Assembly (NCBI GenBank): GCA_010909165.1
Contig: VJWM01000259.1
Location: 124,001-188,000 of the forward strand
Direction: 5' to 3'
Source of the DNA: Anthoceros angustus
Lineage: Eukaryota; Plantae; Anthocerotophyta
Length of the DNA stretch: 64,000 nt
This document shows, one piece after another, positions 1 through 12,830 of this stretch (the stretch's first letter is position 1; the number at the start of each line of letters is the position of its first letter). The translations under genes and the position numbers were made by a program. The notes below the pieces were generated by a model, which worked only from the letters and a program-made list of their open reading frames with translations, was not told where the DNA came from and searched no databases.

Positions 1-3000
1 CCTGCTGCCATCGCTCATGGATTGCTTGCTAGGAATCATTATCTCGGTTGAGGGTTCCACTGGCTCGCGTGCTTGGAGCCATACAAAGTGGCGCGTGCAA
101 GTGGTGCCGCAGCACGTTGGTTTTGCTTCCACGATGGGCTTTCGTTGCTGCTGAAATTGATGTCGGCGGTGCATAGCACGACGTCCGCTACCTGGTGGGT
201 GCTGGATATGCAGTGGGTGGATCAGGGCGGTTGGTCGATCTAAACGTGAACGGATGACCATGGCTACGGAATTTGCTTGGTGACCCGTCTCACGGAGAGG
301 TGTCTAACTCATAAAAATGCACCATTAGACTCTTGATAACTATGGAGTGAATAGAATATGAATATGCTTGCCTTTTTCCAACTGCTATCACCTTTTATTG
401 GTAGAAGGACATAGTGCCTTACCCACTTGGGCATATTAACACCTCATATGGGCCATGTGTACATTTATGACCTCGGACCTTGTTTCACTTTTAATATATA
501 CTACTAGGCTATAAATGAGGGATCGACCTATGTGCATGTTTGTTAAAGATGGGTTGATTCCTTGTGGGTTATCATTGGTAGGAATGGCTGCCCAATAGGA
601 TTATATAACTTGTGAGCCAGTGGTTGGATAGAATTTGCTACCCAATGAAATCCCTTCCTCCAAACTTTGGTTGGGGTTCCTCCCTTCCTCTCCTATGCTT
701 AGCCTCTACCTTTGATGATTGTCATTCTCTCTATTGCTCCCGCCTCTATTTGCGTGATCACCTTACTTAGTACCTTGGTCTCTTTGTCGTTGCCTCCCAA
801 GCTAGCCATGGCTACCAAGGTTGAACCTTTTCTCCTCTCTTACTTCACTATGCAACCTTAGAATTAGTGGATGTGCAATGGATCCCGTCTCACCAAGGAT
901 CCAAACGGGCCGATGATCCCTTTTGGTGGTCAAGAAGGGAAGGGGAGGTGTTGACCAACACCATCTCGTGCATCCAAGAAGCTAGACCTTGATTTGGTCA
1001 TCCGGTCTAGTCTTCTAAACCTCAAGTTGTTTTTTCGGTATGATCTAGAAGCAGTACCGGATACATGACTCAATGAATAGGGTTTGTGTCTTACGGATTC
1101 AAAATACCGGTTTGATCAACACAAGATACTTCGTGCTCCAGTCGACGGGCTATGAATGTCGTTGTTCGTCTGCAATTTTGTCCGGATGCCTCGTATTGGA
1201 TGCATGTCGGAATCGTCATCCTTTGGATAATCACCAAGGTCCCGCTTAGGTGAAGCATCGCATCTTGCGAGCTCGACGTGATGTCGATGTTTGATACATG
1301 TAGCAAGGAATGACGGTGGCCGTGGGAGGACAACGACGCAGTTGAATGATGTAAAATAGGTGGTATCGCTTGTTTGGCTTCAACCGACGATCGAGCACAA
1401 GATTGCATGTGAATGGCTTCAAGATAGCATGCGAGATAGATATTGCTACCGGATGCTCGCTTAAGCATCGGGATGTCGATCTAGTTTTGCATATCGCGTT
1501 GCTACCACGGTTGGATGTACCGCTGTTGACTGCATAGATTGCACGAATATTGGGAGTCCGCCGAGGACAAGGGCCTCTTTGGACGCTTTTGATCGGACGG
1601 GTTGGACGATCTGGTTTTGCTCCCTCGCCGCCGCCATGGATTGCTTGCTAGGAATCATTATCTCGGTTGAGGGTTCCACGTGGCCCGCCGTGCTTGGAGC
1701 CATACAAAGTGGCGCGTGCAAGTGGTCGCAGCAACGCTGGTTTTGCTTCCACGATGGGCTTGCTGTGTGCTGAAATTGATGTCGGCGGTGCATAGCACGA
1801 CGTCGCTACAGCTGGTGGGTGCTGGATATGCAGGGTGGATCCGCACGGGTTGTCGTCGATCTAAACGTGAACGGATGACCATGCCTACCGAATTTGCTTG
1901 GTGACCCGCCTCACGGAGAGGTGTGTCTGACGCCCGAGGATCGACTATGGGCAAGAAAAAGGGCTGCTGGGCGGGGCGATTGACTCTGCGGCCTCTTTTG
2001 GACGCTTTTGATCGGACGGGTTGGACGATCTGGTTTTGCTCCCTCGCCGCCGCCATGGATTGCTTGCTAGGAATCATTATCTCGGTTGAGGGTTCCACGT
2101 GGCCCGCCGTGCTTGGAGCCATACAAAGTGGCGCGTGCAAGTGGTCGCAGCAACGCTGGTTTTGCTTCCACGATGGGCTTGCTGTGTGCTGAAATTGATG
2201 TCGGCGGTGCATAGCACGACGTCGCTACAGCTGGTGGGTGCTGGATATGCAGGGTGGATCCGCACGGGTTGTCGTCGATCTAAACGTGAACGGATGACCA
2301 TGCCTACCGAATTTGCTTGGTGACCCGCCTCACGGAGAGGTGTCCGACGCTCAGGAGGATCGACTATGGGCAAGAAAAAGGGCTGCTGGGCGGGGCGATT
2401 GACTCTGCGGCCTCTTTGGACGCTTTTGATCGGACGGGTTGGACGATCTGGTTTTGCTCCCTCGCCGCCGCCATGGATTGCTTGCTAGGAATCATTATCT
2501 CGGTTGAGGGTTCCACGTGGCCCGCCGTGCTTGGAGCCATACAAAGTGGCGCGTGCAAGTGGTCGCAGCAACGCTGGTTTTGCTTCCACGATGGGCTTGC
2601 TGTGTGCTGAAATTGATGTCGGCGGTGCATAGCACGACGTCGCTACAGCTGGTGGGTGCTGGATATGCAGGGTGGATCCGCACGGGTTGTCGTCGATCTA
2701 AACGTGAACGGATGACCATGCCTACCGAATTTGCTTGGTGACCCGCCTCACGGAGAGGTGTGTCTGACGCCCGAGGATCGACTATGGGCAAGAAAAAGGG
2801 CTGTAGGGGCGGGGGCTGATTGTCTGTGGCCTCTTTTGACGCGATTTTGACCGGACGGGTTGGAGGATTGCTGGTTTTTCGCTCCCACCGCCATCGCCAT
2901 GGATTGCTTGCGGGAATGATGACCATATGGTTTGATGGTTCTGCGTGCTGATGCTTGAGCCATAAACGCGGTGACGGCGATGGTTTTGCTACCACGGTGG

Positions 3001-4293
3001 ATGTTCCTTTGATCGGGAATTGGTGTCTGGTGATTAGCGATGTCTTTCGGTGGCGGATCTTTGGATGGGCGGGATGGGTGGATCCAGGGGTTGTCGATCT
3101 AAAACTTGACGGGATGGCCATGCGCGCCAATCCTTTTTCACAACCGGATCTGGTGATGCGGGTCAATGCGTGGGCTTGTGATGGGTACATGGGCGTGCGG
3201 CTGGAGAGAAAAGCGATCGGCAATAAGCACGCGTTGCTTACGAATGCATGAGGATGTGTAGTGATTGAGATTGGTGTAACTTGATGAGAAAATGATCACA
3301 GTGGTATCTGCTGCGAGGAAGTGTGTGATGGCCGTGAGGGTGAGCGACTTGGAGAGAAAAGATCAGAGGGTTACTGTTTATTGGTGACAATGATACGTGT
3401 GTGTGATGATGGAGATGCGATGGCCTTGGGCCTTACGCCGTTTGTTTGCTTCTTTGCAAGGATGTGTATGAAATTGTGACGAGACTAGTGAGCGAAAAAC
3501 GATCCTCATCAAGTGGATGCACATTGTTTGCTTCTTTGCAAGCATCTGGTAGGTATGTAATGGTTGAGACTCATGAGCGGCCCGGAGAAAAAGCGATGTA
3601 AAGTGGATGCACGTTGTATACTTGCAAGGATGCATGTGGGTGTTTGATGATTGAGGTGATGAACGGCCTAGAGAAAATAATGCAAGCAATGATGTGCTCG
3701 CTGCGCAAGGATGCATGTGGGTTTGTGATATTGAGATCGGCGGTTTGGAGAAGCAAGGCAGCTATAGATGCACACTACTCCTTGCTACAAGGATGCTTGC
3801 GGTAAAGGTTTTGATAACTTACGGTGACATACCAACCATGGACCACAAATGGTGGTAGTCATTGCTACTTTGACAACCACGGAAATTAATGGTGACATGC
3901 ATGATTTTTCTCTCTCATGAACAAATGATGTTCCTATTTGCCGTTGATCCACAGTTGCTAGCATGCTGAAAAATGGAAGAGTGCTTATAGACATCTTGGT
4001 TCACTTCTGTCGATTCGATGTAAATCTAACTACTTACCGGTGCGGAAATTGCCGGACACATTGCATGCCTTTACACAATCATCCGTGTACGCTACAAATG
4101 TGATATACTCATACCAATGGAGGGCTGGGCGATGCCGGATCTCTCACACATGGGGGTTGCTTACGAATTAGGAGACCTATGGTCTCGAACTTGGAAAATC
4201 CTTCCTGGGATTATTTTAAAATATATCTCTAAGCAGCTTTGCTTGAAATGACCTGCTAGGTCGGCACACATTTATGCGATGTAGTCTAGAAAT
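1..4293 (+). repeat. U block copy 1 (partial, rearranged); pseudo-LTR-like non-coding block of the PLE array
   Basis: Same modules as later U copies (GAGAGGTGTCTAACTCATAAAAATGCACC..., ~418-bp units, CAAGGATG subrepeats) and the same end GATGTAGTCTAG(G)AAAT before CTAT. Confidence 0.85.
1577..2830. repeat. Three near-identical ~418-bp tandem units, followed by a diverged paralogous unit to ~3200
   Basis: CTTTGGACGCTTTTGATCGGACGGG recurs near 1577, 1996 and 2414; an identical 74-aa ORF appears at 1680, 2099 and 2517. Confidence 0.95.
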
Positions 4294-4302
4294 CTATCTA
4301 TC

Positions 4303-7300
4303 TTGTTACATTCTTGGTTTGGTCACCAAGAATCCTTTCAACCTTTGGGTTTAGAAAGTCTGCAGTTCAAATCTCTTGTGGATTAATCATGCTTGGTGTT
4401 CACAAATGTGTTGGACTCACTAAGGTTGGAAATTGGCTTGGTGTTCGTGGCAATCGAGTTTCTCCTGCCCTCATTCATGGGCTACACACATGCTTTGGTT
4501 TGATCCCCTTCGTGGGCTGTCAGGTGATTGCTTCCATTGTCCCCCCTCCATTCATGCTGAAATTCAATTGCACGATAGCGCGGCAGTCTTTGTTGTGGTG
4601 ATGGATGGCACCCTCCCATCTTCTGAGGTCCTCTCATTCAACGATTGGTGCAAGCTTGCCAATTCATAACCGATGATGATGAAGGGATGAAGCTTCTTCA
4701 AACCATTGAGCGAGAACTTGGAGCAATGTGTCGTCAGTATGCACAAGCAACGATTGGACGAGGAAAGAGTTCGGATTGCCAAGGCTCAAGGTTGCAACTG
4801 GTCGGCATGAGCCCGCCCATGCTTCAGAGGCTGAGATTCAACCATCTGCTTCCCACGCCAACATGACGGAGGAGGACCGCACCTTCATGCGTGAATATGT
4901 CGCCCAAGCACAAGAAAGCAGTGATGCAGAGGGTTTCCTCTCATGAGCAAGGTCCCATTCCTCTTGTTGCACCTAGGGACATTGAGGTGATTGTGCTGCC
5001 ATCTCCCACAAGATGTGGACTGCTCTAACCTCTCTTACTTGGCACCCTTCACTGCTGAAACTTTTCAAGTCCTTTGTAGGCTAAGTGATGAAGAAATGGC
5101 GTTGTTGTGAAGGCCGTGGATGGAAATGTGGCTTGGGCTGGGTTTTGCAACTGTAAATAGCCCCGGTGATCTTGCTTTGATGCTACCAAATGCCAGTGAT
5201 GAGATGATGTTGTGTAGGGTAAAAGGCTCATGAAACCGGTGGCTGGGAAGGACCATGACAAAACATGGTGGAATTGGCTCAGCCTTACATCAAATGCATC
5301 TGCCAAGATTTGTTGAGCAGTGATGGTAGGGCTGCCCGCAATGGCGATATCATCCGGTTTGACCAAGCCCTCGTTCATGGTACAAGATTTGGATGAGTTC
5401 TTTCTGGCGAGCCTCCGTGTTCAATGGCTTGCCTTCACGGCATTCCTGAATGCTGGCCAAAACCGTGATTGTGTGAAAGCCCACATTTCCTTCATGTATG
5501 TACGTGAAATGATCTTTGGATGGTGCCGCATTTGCCACTAACCCCACCCAAAGGCTCCTTGTTGCATTCACGGATCAGCAAAACTCATGATAGAGAAAAT
5601 GATCAAGCCTCCTTCCTTCACGGAAGAATGCGATCGCTTGATGAAACAGGAGTTGAGGTCCAATCAAAAATCCTATATGCTAAAGCAAAGTCGATGGGGA
5701 CAAGCACGAAAAGTCCTCACCGGAGGCACCGTGGCAATAGGCAAGGTGGCCCCATGATGCACAATAGGTTTTCTAACAAATATGCTAGCCCTGGTAGTGG
5801 CCCCTACTATCAGCAAAGAAGACTCTCCTATGGCTCTGGACATTCGGATGCTAGCAACCTTAGCTCTCCGGCCTCAGCATCCGGCACCCCGGCTACTTCC
5901 AACACACATGGTGATGCTGGCACTCCAGCTTCTGGTGCCTCTTCCACCTCAAAGCCTCCCAGTGGACTACGGGGCAAACTCGTGATTTTTGTAAGTTCGA
6001 TGACCCTCTTTTCTTCGTTGTCCGCTAATTTTTCCTTGGTTGCCTTTTCCGTGTCATCCACGATGATGCGTCTTGCTGATCGCATGTTGCTTTTGACATG
6101 GTGAATGGCAATTAGTGAAGCATGCACCGATACCAATGCTGGTTTCGTTCACACATTGTACTGTAATAGACTGTTGGAACATTTGCAAGTGAAAAAGTTG
6201 CTGACCCAAGCTACTAACATGCTTGGTGATGCTTCCTTGATGCAGCTAGTCTTGGAAACTACCTTTGGATGGAGACATGTTGCCTCCTTGAGGCAAGAGG
6301 TGTACAAGCCTCGGAAAGTATTTGTGGATTTTCTTTTTGAACCTGGAGATAGTGTGCCCAGAGACACCTGCGTGTGCCCATCACAAAAGCGCTTCAAGCT
6401 TTTGTGGATCCTTTGACCATGGATCCCAATGATGGGGTGGCTCATGTTCGCTGCAGTTGTGCTCGTGAGGGACCGTAACCTCCAAGCACAACTCAAGATG
6501 GATGAACCAGATCCCCTTGCCTCCCTCAACGTCCCACGATCTTGTGGAGTGTTCGGATTCTTTTGCACAACTTGTGGAAATTTTCTTAGCACATGGGTGC
6601 AATCTGTTAGATGAGCATGTCTTTTTGGCTCAAAATTGGCTGCGTTCACAGTGCTTCCAATCTTTGAGACAAGCCAAAAACAAAGGCTTTGGTCCCCATG
6701 GTAGGACTCATGTTCGGAAAATTCATGCAAGGGATGAGCTCTCATGGCTCCTTAACCACCTCTATTGTTCGCCTTGATAAAGCCAACACCACAGTCTGTT
6801 CAATGCACCTTCTATGTCGGAAATGTGCCTTGAAAAGACTTTGTGATCCGGACTTTTCACCCGGCTGGAAAATGGCACTTGGTTGCCTATCTCACATATC
6901 CCGAGTAACATTCAATTCCGGTGGAAAGCATACTCCCGAGATTCCGGTGGACCAAGACTTTGGTCTCCCCCACCTCATGGGAATTTTTAAACAGCATAAA
7001 TTGAAGCACGTGGTTAACCAATGGACATGATTGTGTGTTCTCTATCTTGGCACCTACTCACATTTGCCACAAATCTTATTATTCCAATTTTAAGGGATTG
7101 GACCCTTGGGCTTCAAGAGGGCTATAAAACCTACTTGGAGTGGATACCTCAATGTTTTGGATCACGGAATCGTGGTACAAGTGGCAATCAATCTCCCGCT
7201 AAAATACATTCCATTTTAGTCGCGGATATTACGCGATGCTATGAGGCTATTCCACACAAGGGAAGACTCCTTTGAAGCCATGGCTTTTGTCTTAAAAGGC

Positions 7301-7669
7301 ATACACTCATGTCATGACACGTGAGCAAAACTAAAACCTTATGGGTGAAATACTCATTCACCCAAAGGCTTTTGTGATTACAAGTGGGTTTATGATACAC
7401 CTAGTTGCACCATCGACCATGGATCCCTCTCCCATACGAGACTCCTAAGTCTCCACTTATGGCTTATGCAAAGCAATGTCCAGCTTGGAAACCACGCAGT
7501 TGCAAACCTCGGGCATCCCAATGGGCTTTTCATGCTCTCCACTTTGGTGCAACTTGTACTTCTTCTCCTATGAATGCCGCTTCATTCAACGCCTAGCACG
7601 ACTAGGAAGAACTGATCTAATGGCACTGTTCAAAGAAGCTAGAAGATACATTGATGATATCTGCTGGCT
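4303..7669 (+). pseudogene. PLE core copy 1, 5' part (N-terminal region, CxC linker, RT up to YIDD); frameshifted and interrupted
   Basis: DTCVCPSQKRF (Cys codons 6369-6377), ADITRCYEAIP (ORF 7021-7275), QTSGIPMGFSCSPLWCNLY...RRYIDDICWL (ORF 7476-7760). These match PLE RT motifs. Confidence 0.85.
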
Positions 7670-10333
7670 TGTAAACGATCTGGTATTGGAAACTCCCTGT
7701 TGGATTGTGTCTTTGAGTGATTTTTTGTTAAGTTTGGTGTCAAGAAGAGCTAGGTTATGAGTAGGAAGGGATATTTATAGTAGAAAGTGTCCTTGACCTA
7801 CGAGTTTTGGGGTTGTTTTTTGGGTTAAATAATAATCGGTCCTTGGACTATGAACTCGATACTCCTTGGCCTTTGGTCTTGGAATATTTAATAAAAAAGC
7901 CTATATATGGGCGGGGTCCCCATATTTGGCGAGGTCCGTAGGCTAGAGGTCGAACCAACCGGCGGTAGTTGAACGGTGTGTGGTCGGGTGTCAAGGGACT
8001 ATGTTTCAAGACGGTTGGCGGGCGGTGCGGTCGTGGAAGGAAGGAGCGGTCGCGGAAGAAGAAGTGGTAGCCGGTTGGCGTCGTAGAGTTTCCGGGAAAT
8101 ATAACCCTAAGGGAACTCGGAAAGGCACGAGGCCGGTGGGTAGCTCAGACGATCCACAGCGGGCACGAGCTCGCACGAGGTAGGGCGAGGCCACAGTGGC
8201 GGCGGGAGCTCGCGATTCTGGAAGGAAGAAACCACAGGGGATTGACCAAGTTGGAGATTAGGCGAGTTATCAGCAATTGAGGCTGGGGTGAGGGTTTTGC
8301 AGAGCATGGCGCCCAAGGTTGCAGCGAAATTTGAGCCCAATGGCCAAATATGGACCATTGGAGGGTCCGAGGTGGAGGATTGGTGAGGGAGCTGGGACTT
8401 GGGATCATGGAAAAACTGGAGAGTTTATGGGAGGATTTTCCGGATCGGAACGAGGAAGGAGGACCCATAAATTCAGCAAGAAGAGCTAGGTTATGAGTAG
8501 GAAGGGATATTTATAGTAGAAAGTGTCCTTGGCCTATGAGTTTTTGGGGTTGTTTTGTGGGTTAAATAATAATCGGTCCTTGGACTATGAACTCGATACT
8601 CCTTGGCCTTTGGTCTTGGAATATTTAATAAAAGGCCTATATATGGGGGGGGGTCCCCATATTTGGCAGGTCCGTAGGCTAGAGGTCGAACCAACCGGGT
8701 AGTTGAAGTGTGTGGTCGATGGGGTGTCGGGACTATGTTTCAAGACGGTTGGCCGCGGTGCGGTCGTGGAAGGAAGGAGCGGTCGCGAAGAAGAAGTGGT
8801 AGCCGGTTGGCGGTCGTGGAAAGTTTAACCCTAAGGGAACTCGGAAAGGCACGAGGGCGGCTGGGTAGCTCAGACGATCACGGCGGGCACGAGCTCGCAC
8901 GAGGTCAGAAGGGCAGCCACAGTGGCGGCGGGAGCTCGCGATTCTGGAAGGAAGAAACCCGATTGACCAAGTTGGAGATTAGGCGAGTTATCAGCAATTT
9001 GTGGGCGTGAGGGTTTTGCAGAGCATGGCGCCCAAGGTTGCAGCGAAATTTGAGCCCAATGGCCAAATATGGACCATTGGAGGGTCCGAGGTGGAGGATT
9101 GGTGAGGGAGGGACTTGGGATCATGGAAAAACAGTGGAGTTTATGGGAGGATTTTCCGGATCAAGAACGAGGAAGGAGGACCCATAAATTCAGCAGAAGG
9201 ACGAAGGGCCAGCGACCAAATCGGAGGAGTGCGGAGATAACATGGGCGGGAGTAGTGGCATCCTAGGAATAGAACTTTGGATAGGATGCCATCTTGGACC
9301 TAAGGCCGTCCGAAATTGTAGGGCGCCTCTTGGCGTTCGCTTTTAGGACTGGAAAGTCGGTGGCTATGGCCGAATTGTATAAAGGGGCTTGGTTGTGCCC
9401 CTCACATCGAGATAACTCTGGTTGAGATCCCCCACTGCTGTGGCTGGTTGGAGACGTCCATTGAGGTGGTGTGCGAGGCGCTCCTAGGGGTGGTCGAGAG
9501 CTTGCTCCATGGGGGGAGGAGGGTGATAGAGCAATCTTCTTGACAAAGGAGGAGGAAACCAAGGGATTGGCGCGGGCGGTGAGCTTGCTCATGCGCCCTG
9601 GGGTTCTTCTTTCCTTCACCCTTGTTCCTGTAGTTGTGTTCAAATTGAGAGAGAAGTGTTGAGTGGATGGTTGGAAGCCTGCGGCGAATTGAGGAGAGAG
9701 AGAGAGAGAGAAGATTGGGTGAAGGAGTGACTAAACAGCGCGATCACGAGGTGTAAGAGGAGTTGAGAAGGGAACTAATTGAGAGACTAATGGAGATTTG
9801 TGTGGATCCAAAAGAATCCAAACCGGTCTTGTTGGTGGAAGTGTGAGGAAACAGTTCCCTTGTAAAATTGTGTGAGTGTGGCGCCTTTGTGTGTGTGTGA
9901 AGCGGTGAGGATTTGTGGAACTTTGGTCCCTAGGAATCGGTGTGTGTGTGTGTGAAGTGTGGAGTGCGAATAAAGTCGATCAGGCAGTGGTGGGCCCGTG
10001 GCGAGATCCGCGCGCGCCGGAAATAAGTCGCTAGGGTTTGGCGTGGGACCCACCTCGGTGGTCAAGCAACTACCCGGTGAGAACCGCGTCGTGGAATAAG
10101 ATTTGCGTCGTGGAATAAGATTTGTGGTAGTTAGACAAGTCGGGAGGTAGTAGTAGTTGAGTAGATAGGTAAGAGGAGTAATAGCAGTAAGTCGACTTAG
10201 GTGAAGGTCGAGCGATAGAAGTTAGCGTCTCTTGGCACAAACCATTCCCTTGGGAGCGAATCCTAAGCCTACAACGACATTGAGGGTGAATGTGGACCTC
10301 ACGGTGTCCCTAGACACAAATTCACACTCCACA
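7670..10333 (+). repeat. 5' LTR (2664 bp) with an internal 736-bp tandem duplication
   Basis: Starts TGTAAACGATC and ends CACACTCCACA, like 16415-18322. AAGAAGAGCTAGGTTATGAG occurs at 7742 and 8478. Confidence 0.9.
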
Positions 10334-10336
10334 TTT

Positions 10337-10353
10337 TGGCGCGGGAATGGATC
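10337..10353 (+). promoter_or_regulatory. Primer-binding-site-like motif (cognate tRNA not identified)
   Basis: TGGCGCGGGAATGGATC starts 3 nt after the LTR end and begins with the TGG complement of a tRNA CCA end. Confidence 0.6.
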
Positions 10354-10879
10354 AAGGACGTGGGTAGAACTAACCATAGCCTAAGTAGAGTCTAGCATTA
10401 CTAGATTGATAGATGGATGCCTCGGGTGGACAAGCGATTCGATCTGGGAAACGCTTGGCAAGCGGCAAGCAGCGGAAAGATTGCAGAGAGTTACGAGGAG
10501 GCAGGGGAGATCACACTGGGGAGGAAGAGGAGGCGAGTCGCCGGAATCGAGGATCGGATCCCGATCCGACTCATTCCCAACTCTCGACTACGGAAGGTAC
10601 AAGGGCCCGGGTACCCCAACCCGACCCGCCTTTCAATCGTTCAGTTGCCAGTCCGGTCGGTCAAACTTGCATGTAGAAGCGATCGGGCGGGTAGTTGTAT
10701 CACTACATCGTTGAAAGTACTACCACGGTAGCTATGACTACTACTCCGGTGTTGTTACCACTAAGCAATCTTACCCGTATGGAGAGAAGAAGGGCCATGA
10801 GGATCCCGACGAGTTTGTCGGCGTTTTGAGCCGGTGGCTTGAGCAGGAGGTAGGGGATGCGCGTGCCCAATTTTGAGTC

Positions 10880-12830
10880 TTGCGGAGCGCGGCCAAGTGG
10901 TACAAACGAGAGTATCTCGCCTCTTCCACACCCCCAACTACCTTTGGGGCCTTGAAGAGGGCTTTTTGTGAAAGGTTCAGAGGAGTTGATGTGGAAGGAT
11001 ATGTCTTGTCCAAACTCGAGGGACTGCGGAGAGGGAAGAAGGAGACACGGCAAGCTTATGTGGAAAGGTTCCACAGCCTGCGTGATCGTGCTGGACCTCA
11101 CTCGGAGTTAATGGCAATCCGCTTGGTTGAGAGGTGGCGGAGATGGGAAGCACGTCGTCTCAGTGAGAAAGACTTGGATCGGGCGATCAAGGCCGCCTCG
11201 AACTGAGGAGTCCAATGCGGAGAAAAGAAATCAAGAAGGGATACGGAGACAAGAAGAAATCCAAGAAGAAGAAGAAGTACTACTCATCCTCCGATGACAG
11301 TTCCACGGAGGAAGATAGCTCCTCAGCAGACTCCTCGGATAGTTCCACGGAAGAAGAGACCAGTGATAGCTCAGAGGAAGATTCGTCAGGAGATGAGCGC
11401 GGCCGCAGGGAGAGAAAGAAGGAAACGAAAAATGAGTGGGAACTAAGACGCCGCGCCAGAGGAAAGGAGCTGGTGTATGCAAAGAAGGACGCGGAGCAGG
11501 TGAGAAGAGAGGTGGAAACAGCAGCCAAAAAGGTGGAGCAACAAGGGAACAAGATGGAAGAAATGATGGCCAACGAGAAACTTCATCTCAATGCCATAAA
11601 AGACCACGAGAGGAGAAGGGCACCGGAGCGCGGCGACTCTCTCTCAACTTGCAGGAGGCACTCGAGGTCGAGCCTCCAAACGGTGCAACTCAGCTACGAG
11701 GAAGAGGAGGAGGAGATGTGCTTGGAAGATACATACCAAATTCAAGAGGCGACACCGTGCACCAAGACTTTGTACCCCTCAAGTTTGAAACTCCACATGG
11801 GCATTCGCAATCGATGGCAAGGAACCCCGGGCAAATGAGTGCCATTCTACAATTGCCGAGGATTCGGCATCTTGCAATGCCCTTAGCATCTCGCCAGGAA
11901 TGGTGATTTTGAGAGGTGTGGATTGCAAGCGGCACATGTCGGCGTGTTCTCGCCGAGAAAGACTTGGATCGGCGATCAAGGCCGCCTCGAACTACGAGGA
12001 GTCCAATGCGGAGGGAAAAGAAATCAAGAAGGGATACGGAGAGACAAGAAGAAATGAAGAAGAAGAAGTACTACTCATCCTCCGATGAGCCCACGGAGGA
12101 AGATAGCTCTCACAGACTCCTCGGATAGTTCCACGGAAGAAGAGACCAAAGGATAGCTGAGGAAGATTCACGAGATGAGCCAAGGGAGAGAAAGAAGGAA
12201 ACGAAAATGAGTGGGAACTAAGACGCCGAGGAAAGGAGCTGTGTATGCAAAGAAGGACGCGGAGAGAGAGAGGTGGAAACAGAGCCAAAAAGGTGGAGCA
12301 ACAAGGGAACAAGATGGAAGAAATGATGGCCAACCGAGAAGCTTCATCTCAATGCCATAAAAGACCACGAGAGGAGAAGGGTCACACGGAGCGCTAAATC
12401 TCTTCGCTCAACTTGGAGCAGGGCACTCGAGGTCGAACTGTCTGCAAACGAAGGTGCAACTGCTGGGCTACGAGGAATAGGAGGAGGAGATGTGCTTGGA
12501 AGATACATACCAAATTCAAGAGGCGACACCGATTTCTGGGTACCCGAAGACTTTGTACCCCTCGAGTTTGCGAAACTCCACAGGCATGGGCATTCGCAAT
12601 CAGATGGCAAGGAACCCCGGGCAAATGAGTGCCATTCAGTGTTACAATTGCCGAGGATTCGGTCATCTTGCCAGCAGCTGCCCTTCCGCATCTCGCCAGG
12701 GGAATGGTGATTTTGAGAGGCTGTGTGTGGATTGCAAGCACATGAAGCGGGCGTGTTCTCCGCCGACGAAAGAAACATGTGAGGATTGCTCAACCGTTAC
12801 GCCACCCACCCATGGAGCAAAATCCGTTAC
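10880..12830 (+). pseudogene. gag: gypsy gag (retrotransposon gag domain, Ser/Glu-rich linker, CCHC zinc knuckle); frameshifted, ~790-bp duplication
   Basis: WYKREY...TFGALKRAFCERF...YVERFHSL (ORF 10880-11206); CYNCRGFGHLASSC at 12640-12681; GAGAAAGACTTGGATC at 11165 and 11955. Confidence 0.85.

Noticed and set aside
1579-3251. Many recurring 60-240-aa ORFs in the 418-bp units and other U modules
   Set aside because: They recur only because the DNA is repeated; frames break differently in each copy and show no domain motifs.
10086-10123. CRISPR-like short direct repeats (19 bp; also 60168-60213)
   Set aside because: Adjacent tandem copies with no unique spacers and no cas genes, inside eukaryotic retroelement sequence.
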